64,000 nt of DNA from a virus. The notes below the pieces were generated by a model. It was not told the origin of the DNA. It did not search any database and worked only from the letters and a program-made list of their open reading frames with translations. This document shows positions 56,847 through 64,000 of this stretch, in pieces; within the stretch, counting starts at the first letter, position 1, and each line of letters starts with the position of its first letter. Location of the stretch: the IMG/VR virus record IMGVR_UViG_3300023094_000009, positions 64,001 to 128,000 of that record, one strand, 5' to 3'. The translations under genes were made by a program, and so were the position numbers.

Positions 56847-56866
56847 CTCTTTGTTTATTTTACTTT

Positions 56867-59401
56867 CTAGTTTGCTTGCACAATTGGGGCATTTGCTGCT
56901 GCTGCTAATCGGAACAATTCAGTCTCTAGTGGTGCTTCGTCTCCCAATGGAATCAGATAGCTGTAAGAGAGGTCGTTTCCGTTATCTGTGTGTCCAAACC
57001 CTTGAGTGTACTTGCTTGGATTCATTACAATCTGGTATTCCACCATTTGTGTAAAGTTATCAAACATTACAGATTCTCTTCCAAGCATTCTGCGTCTCAA
57101 TACAGATTCTTCTTTAGGAAAACCTTGGAAGTAAATTGAACTTTCGTTTTCACGATCTCTTAGGTTTCCTGCAAGCATATCTCTTCCTTTTTTCAAAGAA
57201 GTACGCTCTACGTTAACTGTTTTGAAGTCGTTTCCAGCAATAGCCATGTCAACATATCCTTCATAGCCTTCAACTGCGAATCCGGCTGCAACTTTGATGC
57301 TTACAGAATCCTCAATAAAAGGGACTTTGTACATCAAACACATGTCTGGATCAAGTGTGAAGAGCTTAGCGCGGATTCGAATACCACAAGCACAATCCAC
57401 TGATGGAGTTGACTCTGCAATATCTTTCCACTCTACATCCAAGAAAGGTTGTGGACGGTCAGCACTGTAAAGATCCCTGAATACAGGAGAACATTCTTCA
57501 CAAGTGATGTTTGTTGGCACTGTAATCAAGTACTGGTTGCGGCATCCAATTCCTGCTGCTACAATTGCTGCGATTGAAACCAAAGCCCCTGAAACTGTAC
57601 CTGCCAAGTTAGTTACTACGTTGGCGATTGTTGGTGCTCCAAGTGTGTTTGGAATTGAGAATGTCAACACTCCTGCATTTGCCACCACTGCAATTCCTAG
57701 TCCTGCCAAAGTAGCACTGTGAGTGGTTACAAAGTTATTTGCAGATGTTGTGAGGTTTGTAGTAAATGTAGCCAAGTAGTTAACTGAATTGATTGCTACG
57801 TTTGCTGTCCCAGAAGTACCTGTTAGAGTGACAGAATATGCTGTTTTTGGAACTGCTCCTGCTGTGGAAACTATACCTGTAAGATTTGTAGCTGTGTTTG
57901 CAATAGTTGGATTACCCAAGGCTGTTGGTACTACGAACTTCAAGATTCCTCCTGCTGATGTAACTGTAATTCCCAAGTCCGCTAAAGCTGTTCCATGCAA
58001 AGTGACAAAGTTTGTGGCTGTTGTTGTAAGGTCTGTTGCAAAAGTTGCAAGATAAGGATCTCCATCAATTGTCACCGTTGCAGTACCTGAAGTACCTGTC
58101 AGGAGAATTAGAGATGAAGTCAACTCACTGGCTGGAGCCAATTCAACTGTGTACTCTGGATAAGCTGCTTGCAACTCTTCCAAATAATCACCTCCACAAT
58201 CAGGATCTTTCAAGTCAATTGTAAACTGCTTGGTAGATGCCTGACAAGTGTCACCTTCAATCCAAGAAATCTCAACTGGATCTGCATCTGGTGCACAAAT
58301 CGCCATTGCTTCGCCTACCAAGTCAATCCTCATTGTAGGATAGGTAGTTTGCAAAGTTGTAAGTTGAGTAGCATTCAACAAAGCGGTTGTCTTAACTGTG
58401 TAAGTCCCGATGTTGTCACTACCGCCTTGTCTCACCATTGTTCCACCCACTGCTCCTGGAATTGTTGGGGCTAGAGTTGCGCCATCATCATTGATAGTGA
58501 AAGAATAGATATAACCTCCTGCAACCAAAGTGTATTCTGCTGGACACTCATCACATTCTGCCATAATTGAACGGAAGGTGATTTCTACATCTGCTGGTGG
58601 TTCAGCTGTTGGAACCATTGTTTGATAGATGGAAATAGATCCTCTTCGTCCAATACGAAACACTGGTGTATCTGTTTGACTCTGGATGATTGCCAATGAT
58701 TGTGCATCACCGAGATCGCAATTTTCAAGAGTGTAGAATGTGAATTCATCTTCTCCGATTGGATTATCACAAGAATAGATTGGAGTGATTTCCAAGATTT
58801 CTTTTAGTTTGTATCCTCCACCTGCTTGACGTTCCTTCATTCGCTCAATCAAATTGTCAATGATTGGTTTACATGGGAGCGGTGTACAAGGATCTTCATC
58901 CAAACAAGAGTTGAAAGGAAGTAAGTTACCAACTGGTTCGGAGATGATAATTTTCTCCATGTTTGTGTTACCGCCTCTCCACGGCATTGAACCTCCATCA
59001 AGTTCCATCACAATCGTGAAGTTTTTGTCTGAAGTTGTGAAATCAATTCCTGTGGTCAAATCTGCACCACCGTTATAACCAATAACCCACTCATCCACTT
59101 TCACTTCATTGCTTACAGGACGGGCTACACGTACTTCCTTAATATCTTCCAGGGCAAAGAACTGTGTAGAACCTGCTCCATAAACATAGGAACGTGAGTT
59201 TACCCTTTTGTCTGAACCAACTTCAATCTTGAAGTACTTCTGGTTTTTTGGTACATTTAGGTTAGTGGCGTGTCGCAATCCTGTTGATAGAGGATTTTGA
59301 GTTGTTACTACCATTAATTCTCCATCTACCAAGTTAGCATTGTCGCCTGTTTGCTTCACTGCTGTTACAAAGGATGAAAAATTTGATTCTTTGTTAATCA
59401 T
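56867..59401 (-). CDS. large structural (auxiliary capsid-like) protein with two internal repeats
   Basis: 844 aa, downstream of MCP; two LTGTSGTA...YLATF.T.LTT.A.NFVT repeats; CACGIRIRAK. Confidence 0.7.
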   Translation of the reverse strand: MINKESNFSSFVTAVKQTGDNANLVDGELMVVTTQNPLSTGLRHATNLNVPKNQKYFKIEVGSDKRVNSRSYVYGAGSTQFFALEDIKEVRVARPVSNEVKVDEWVIGYNGGADLTTGIDFTTSDKNFTIVMELDGGSMPWRGGNTNMEKIIISEPVGNLLPFNSCLDEDPCTPLPCKPIIDNLIERMKERQAGGGYKLKEILEITPIYSCDNPIGEDEFTFYTLENCDLGDAQSLAIIQSQTDTPVFRIGRRGSISIYQTMVPTAEPPADVEITFRSIMAECDECPAEYTLVAGGYIYSFTINDDGATLAPTIPGAVGGTMVRQGGSDNIGTYTVKTTALLNATQLTTLQTTYPTMRIDLVGEAMAICAPDADPVEISWIEGDTCQASTKQFTIDLKDPDCGGDYLEELQAAYPEYTVELAPASELTSSLILLTGTSGTATVTIDGDPYLATFATDLTTTATNFVTLHGTALADLGITVTSAGGILKFVVPTALGNPTIANTATNLTGIVSTAGAVPKTAYSVTLTGTSGTANVAINSVNYLATFTTNLTTSANNFVTTHSATLAGLGIAVVANAGVLTFSIPNTLGAPTIANVVTNLAGTVSGALVSIAAIVAAGIGCRNQYLITVPTNITCEECSPVFRDLYSADRPQPFLDVEWKDIAESTPSVDCACGIRIRAKLFTLDPDMCLMYKVPFIEDSVSIKVAAGFAVEGYEGYVDMAIAGNDFKTVNVERTSLKKGRDMLAGNLRDRENESSIYFQGFPKEESVLRRRMLGRESVMFDNFTQMVEYQIVMNPSKYTQGFGHTDNGNDLSYSYLIPLGDEAPLETELFRLAAAANAPIVQAN

Positions 59402-59452
59402 ATTTTACTTTTGTTAAATTTATTAATTTGTGTGTTTTTGGGGGAAATATTT

Positions 59453-60121
59453 TTATAGTCCGAAGAGTTCGCTGTTTGCTATCTGGTAGCTTGTTGTATC
59501 ACCACTTGACATTGAGAACAACTTGACCATAGCCATCACTACTATTGGGACTGCACTTTCTGGAAGTTCTGTGTCTATATCTTGTGATTCAGTTTTGTCA
59601 AGGTGTTTGTACCCAGCAATATCTGCGTCTGGAATCTCCCGATAGTAACTTAATTGTACTTCTGAAAGATTAAAATCTATGTCTTTGTAGACTGTTAAAC
59701 CATCTTGTGACATCAAGTACAAAGTTTCTCGGGCGAGAAAGGATGGTTTTGTGAAATTATCGAAAAGGTATTGGTGTACGTTCTCTGATTTAATCTCATG
59801 CGCTAAAAGTATTTTATTCTTACAATTAGCCTTTGTTGCTTTTATTGTGACATTTGAAAATTCAAAATAATCTTCTGGTTTTTCGTATGTCGTGTATGTT
59901 TCACTTTCTTCTGAAACGGATAAAGGCTTGTTTAGAGTAAGGAAAGGAGCCAACATTCTGATGGCATCCTCATTCCTTTTTTCTAATATGTAATTCTGAA
60001 ATCGCTTGGTTACAAAATTGAATAGTAATATAAACCTTGCTGTGTCTACATTCAGTTTGTTATTTGTAGCATTCTTTTCAATTAGTAACCTAAATTGGTC
60101 ACGGATTTCTTTAACTTTCAT
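59453..60121 (-). CDS. structural protein (ring/adaptor-like)
   Basis: 222 aa; synteny in the capsid module. Confidence 0.55.
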   Translation of the reverse strand: MKVKEIRDQFRLLIEKNATNNKLNVDTARFILLFNFVTKRFQNYILEKRNEDAIRMLAPFLTLNKPLSVSEESETYTTYEKPEDYFEFSNVTIKATKANCKNKILLAHEIKSENVHQYLFDNFTKPSFLARETLYLMSQDGLTVYKDIDFNLSEVQLSYYREIPDADIAGYKHLDKTESQDIDTELPESAVPIVVMAMVKLFSMSSGDTTSYQIANSELFGL

Positions 60122-61061
60122 CCAACATTAGGGTTTTTTTAAGATCTTGGAGTTCCTTGTTTTCAGAACTGTTTACTTTCTCTGCTGCGTTTGCAATTGA
60201 AGTTCCCAATTCATTGTCACCAAAGTAAATCACTTCGCCAAGCTTTTCAAACCCACTTCCTGACTTTCTCAGTTTTTGTTTGATGATGGTGTAAAGTTTT
60301 AACTCTTCTGCTGGTTTTTCTGTTGCTGACAAGAACTTTGATCTTGCATTGGTTTGTGGAAGAATGACTTCCCAGAAGTATTCATAGATGATGTCATCGT
60401 CTACCTCTTTACTGATGTTTGTGGCATCAATGTAATCAAATACGTCAATAAGGAATGATCGTTTTGATTCAAGCAGTGTAGTAAACACTTTAGTGGCTTT
60501 TGCCTTCTCTCTTACAACAGTGTCTTTTGCTTTTCTCTCGCCGATCAAGTCTTGAGCGATGTATTTAGCGTTGCTGTATTCAGAGGAATTGTAATTAGCT
60601 GAGTGTGCAACTTTTCCCCGCAAAAGCATGAGGTAAAACTTGAACCTTGATTCTGGAAGTGACATATCGAAAATATCATCTTCCTCAAAATTGAATTTGT
60701 ATTTGTCGTAGAAATCCAGATCTCCCTTAAGGATAGATTCAGAAATATTAACTTGCTTTGCAAAAGGCTTCAGGACATTTTTAACTACATCTGCAACTGT
60801 TGCTTTTGCTTCATCCTGCTTAAATTTGTAGTAGATTGAAGTTTCTTCAAAACCTACATCATACTGTCCTCCGTTAGGGTGTCCTGCTGATTCAACAAAT
60901 TGTGCTGAAACTGAGTCTCCAATTCCTGGAAGTTTGCTCCAGCCTTTTTCTACGAATTCCTTTGGGGCATCATCATCCCTTTTGTGTGCTATCTTAAATC
61001 GTGAATCTTCAAATACTTCAAATTCACCCCACTTGTACAGTAATTTTCTTTCTTTGCTCAT
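60111..61061 (-). CDS. conserved capsid-module protein
   Basis: 316 aa directly after MCP; TACTTTTG at 61079-61086. Confidence 0.55.
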   Translation of the reverse strand: MSKERKLLYKWGEFEVFEDSRFKIAHKRDDDAPKEFVEKGWSKLPGIGDSVSAQFVESAGHPNGGQYDVGFEETSIYYKFKQDEAKATVADVVKNVLKPFAKQVNISESILKGDLDFYDKYKFNFEEDDIFDMSLPESRFKFYLMLLRGKVAHSANYNSSEYSNAKYIAQDLIGERKAKDTVVREKAKATKVFTTLLESKRSFLIDVFDYIDATNISKEVDDDIIYEYFWEVILPQTNARSKFLSATEKPAEELKLYTIIKQKLRKSGSGFEKLGEVIYFGDNELGTSIANAAEKVNSSENKELQDLKKTLMLDES

Positions 61062-61129
61062 AAAGTTTTCTTATGTTGCAAAAGTACCATAACATACACA
61101 CCTGTACAAAAAAATGTATTATTTGGTAA

Positions 61130-61170
61130 GATTATCAGGAGGAAATCCAATCGACTCCCTCCGAATAATC
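61130..61170 (-). terminator. hairpin after major capsid gene
   Basis: GATTAT..GGAGG...CCTCC..ATAATC; weak T-tract. Confidence 0.45.
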
Positions 61171-61177
61171 GGTTTAT

Positions 61178-62941
61178 TTATCGAGCGTAAGTGTTGTCCA
61201 CTTCGATGATGACATTAGCTGTTGTGTCGAGCATCAACATACCGGAGTGAATAGATACCCAGAACTCCTGACCCATGTATTTCAAAGCACTTTTGATGTT
61301 TGAAACCTGCACCCCGTCATTCATACGTCCTTGCTCATGTCCCCAGATGATGTGTCCAAACTTTGGTTTAACATAGTAAAGATTGGCTTTTTTATTTCCT
61401 CCTTCTACCAGTTTAGCGTTACGTGTTCGCGCTGTTACATTTACTGTGCTTGGATTGTCCATTCCTTCAATCATCAAAGAGTAGGAAGTTTTCTGGAATC
61501 CGCCAAGACCAACAAATCCGTCAATCACTGTGTTGTTTGAAGTGAAGCCTTTAAAGTCAAATGAAGGATCATGTTTAAATGTAACCCAACCAACTCCCGG
61601 AAGCTGTGCAGTTCTGATCTTAGGCATCCCAACTGTAAGGTTGTTCAAGTCACCTGTGATAAGCTGTCTTCCGCCGTTGTTTAAATAACCCATTGTACCT
61701 GTAAGGATACCCGGCAATTCACCCAAGCGATTGATTGAATATGTATCAAGCAATCTTTCTCCGTTCATAACTGCCATCTCACCACCAATAAAAGTGATTC
61801 GTCTTTCATCAAGAGGTGTGTCAGAATTTTTGTAGTAGTAGGAAGCAGCCTCCTGCAAGTGGCTTACGTTCAATGCTCCCGGACGTGGATAAGTGATAAT
61901 CTTACCTCTACGTGCTTGGAACCAAGCTCCTTCTGTAATACGGATAACTCCGTTTGCTGTATGGATGGTTTCTGCTGTTGCAAACATGTTCATGAAAGAT
62001 TCCATGCGGTATGCTTCTGCCAATGCCAATACTTCCAAAGTATTTGATACACGTGACAACTGAAGGTTCCTGTCTGAATCAAGTCTACCTGTGATAAACA
62101 ATCCTCGACGGTCGTAACCACCAATTTTGTCCATTTGCTGTTCCCATCTGTCCAAAGTCTCACGGGCAATTTTACCTGCACCATAAGTCATCTTGTTACC
62201 TCCTGATTTTGTCCAAGCTGCGGTAACACCTTGCTGAGAACCCAAATGCCATTCCATTGAAATATAACCCGGTTCAGCATTGAATCCATTAACTGTTGAC
62301 CACTGCTGATCGTATTCTGCCTGTGGACGACCCAATTTAACCCATTGCGTACCTGCACGAAGCGGTTGACGAGGGAAATCTTTCTGTGCACTCTGGGAGT
62401 TGTAGATCAAGTAAACTTTCCATTTATCTCCTTCTGGCACTACACCACCTTTTTCGCGGGATACATGTACTTGGAAACTTGAGTTTACATCATATTTCAT
62501 GATATCACCTGCTGTTGGAGGTTTATCAAAATATACAAAGAATGGTGCTCCACCCACTCCAATGAATTCTGACTGGAAATCTGAATCCTGCACCACTGTA
62601 AAGTACTCAGAAGATTTTGAAGGAATTGCCAAATCGTAAGTCACTGCCTGATCTTCATCATCCAGTTCCAACACTGCATTTGTCTTCAACATATCTGCCA
62701 TTGTGTTCTTTGTTACAAGTCCACTCGTAGCCATAAGTTCAATAACTCCCAGATACTTCTCATGATCTCCACCCCTGTAATCTTCCTTTGTCAGGAAGTG
62801 GGTCAGTGTTTTTGCTTTGTCCGCGAAACCTTCTTTCAACCAACCCGCTTTAGGAGCCATGAAACCAGTTACGTTGTCGCCATTGATAGACTGACCTAAT
62901 CCGTAAAGATGTAGGAATTCGTCACTTTTAATTACTGCCAT
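61178..62941 (-). CDS. major capsid protein (crAss-like)
   Basis: 587 aa after the scaffold-like gene and followed by a hairpin; EGAWFQAR, V.FKHDPSFD, GMLMLD patterns. Confidence 0.75.
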   Translation of the reverse strand: MAVIKSDEFLHLYGLGQSINGDNVTGFMAPKAGWLKEGFADKAKTLTHFLTKEDYRGGDHEKYLGVIELMATSGLVTKNTMADMLKTNAVLELDDEDQAVTYDLAIPSKSSEYFTVVQDSDFQSEFIGVGGAPFFVYFDKPPTAGDIMKYDVNSSFQVHVSREKGGVVPEGDKWKVYLIYNSQSAQKDFPRQPLRAGTQWVKLGRPQAEYDQQWSTVNGFNAEPGYISMEWHLGSQQGVTAAWTKSGGNKMTYGAGKIARETLDRWEQQMDKIGGYDRRGLFITGRLDSDRNLQLSRVSNTLEVLALAEAYRMESFMNMFATAETIHTANGVIRITEGAWFQARRGKIITYPRPGALNVSHLQEAASYYYKNSDTPLDERRITFIGGEMAVMNGERLLDTYSINRLGELPGILTGTMGYLNNGGRQLITGDLNNLTVGMPKIRTAQLPGVGWVTFKHDPSFDFKGFTSNNTVIDGFVGLGGFQKTSYSLMIEGMDNPSTVNVTARTRNAKLVEGGNKKANLYYVKPKFGHIIWGHEQGRMNDGVQVSNIKSALKYMGQEFWVSIHSGMLMLDTTANVIIEVDNTYAR

Positions 62942-62968
62942 AGTTTGTTTTTATTCTTTTTTGTGTTT

Positions 62969-64000
62969 TTAGTTTCCAATATTGAATGTCAATTCGTTGT
63001 CAACAACCTTTTCAAAGTTTGTCCTATTTGAAGTTGGCTGTTTTGTAAGCCTTGTCATAGTAATTTTCTTAGCTACATCAAGTTTATCTTTATTGGTTTC
63101 TTCTTTTGTTTTTACTTTTAGATATTCTGCCCTGTCATAAAAGAAGAGAGCTAAATCAGCTGCATCTTCAGGGTTGTTGCGTTGTAGTTGATATTCGGCA
63201 TCCATTGCTGTCAATCTGGTTTTATTCCCCCCAGCATCTTCAACATATTCTGTTGCGAATTTTTTCAATTTGGAAATCTGCACATCTTTAGTAATTCCTT
63301 GCCTTGTTTTAAAAGCCTCCACCAAATTTTTACTGAATTCCTTGTGAGCTTTCTCTTGATTCTTTATTCCTTGCTCTGCTCGTTCCTTGGCTAATTCAAC
63401 CTCCTTTTTAAAGGCTACCTCTAAAGCTTCTTTTGCCTTAATGGCTCTGTCTTCCAGAAAACCTTTATTTTTGAGTGCTTCAATTGTCAGGTCAATATCA
63501 GAAGGCTCCGTACCTTTTTGAGTGTAATACTCAACTAAGATCTGCTCCTGTCCCTCCTCTGTTGAAACATCCATTTGGGATAGAGGTTCGAGATATTCCT
63601 TATGAAGCTTGATGAGTTCATTGGGATTCCCGTTTCGGGCAATGACATCAATAATTTCTTTTTGAGCTTGCTCCAGATTCTTGGTGGAAATAGAATTACT
63701 CTTGATCTCCTCCAACTCTCCTTCATGCTTGTTCTTTATAAGCTGAACCACTGTTTTAAGGTCAAGCTCATCTTTTTCCAAGTCAAGGGTTTTTATTTCC
63801 CCGTTCTCATCTTCGATTTCGATCTGATACCCATCCAGAAATTCTTTGGCAATATCCTTAATGTAAGAGGGTGTTTCTACAACTACTTTAGGGACTGCTG
63901 GTGGTAATTCTTGTTGCTCCTCTTTTTCCACTAACACCTCTACTTCTTTTTCCTCTTCTTCAATTTCACCTAATTGAATTGATGTTGTAGGCTGTTCTGT
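62969..64000 (-). CDS. acidic helical scaffold-like protein, 5' truncated by window
   Basis: Frame open to 64000; Glu/Lys-rich; immediately upstream of MCP. Confidence 0.65.
   Translation of the reverse strand, partial: TEQPTTSIQLGEIEEEEKEVEVLVEKEEQQELPPAVPKVVVETPSYIKDIAKEFLDGYQIEIEDENGEIKTLDLEKDELDLKTVVQLIKNKHEGELEEIKSNSISTKNLEQAQKEIIDVIARNGNPNELIKLHKEYLEPLSQMDVSTEEGQEQILVEYYTQKGTEPSDIDLTIEALKNKGFLEDRAIKAKEALEVAFKKEVELAKERAEQGIKNQEKAHKEFSKNLVEAFKTRQGITKDVQISKLKKFATEYVEDAGGNKTRLTAMDAEYQLQRNNPEDAADLALFFYDRAEYLKVKTKEETNKDKLDVAKKITMTRLTKQPTSNRTNFEKVVDNELTFNIGN

Noticed and set aside
1-64000. Stop-codon reassignment as in some crAss-like phages
   Set aside because: ORFs up to 2296 aa are intact under the standard code, and TAG/TGA end genes at tight junctions
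1-64000. tRNA, rRNA, CRISPR array, integrase/att sites, DGR reverse transcriptase
   Set aside because: None recognised by eye; intergenic gaps are short. tRNAscan and CRISPR finders were not run.

Overview
AT-rich segment of a Bacteroidota-infecting, Crassvirales-related (crAss-like) podophage genome in the standard genetic code. Positions 1-9374 (+ strand) hold small accessory/early genes: a truncated T9SS-CTD protein, a VirE-N/BT4734-like protein, an LMW phosphatase and an SF2 helicase, with host-type TAnnTTTG promoters. Positions 9371-64000 (- strand) hold the virion module in crAss-like order: scaffold-like protein, major capsid protein, 844-aa structural protein, holin/spanin, Cys-rich hub and fibre genes, endolysin, ring/IHF-like/tubular/muzzle proteins, M15 peptidase and large cargo/ejection proteins. 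Two mobile elements interrupt it. One is a ~5.9 kb TIR-bounded IS1595-type cargo transposon (23799-29662). The other is a solo, catalytically intact tnpB that appears inserted at the start of an essential tail ring gene, arranged like an RNA-guided homing cassette. Also notable: the three consecutive large ejection proteins (about 4,500 aa in total) have only four cysteines, all terminal and arranged head-to-tail, and no canonical virion RNA polymerase is evident. Product calls come from motif recognition and synteny only; no searches were run.
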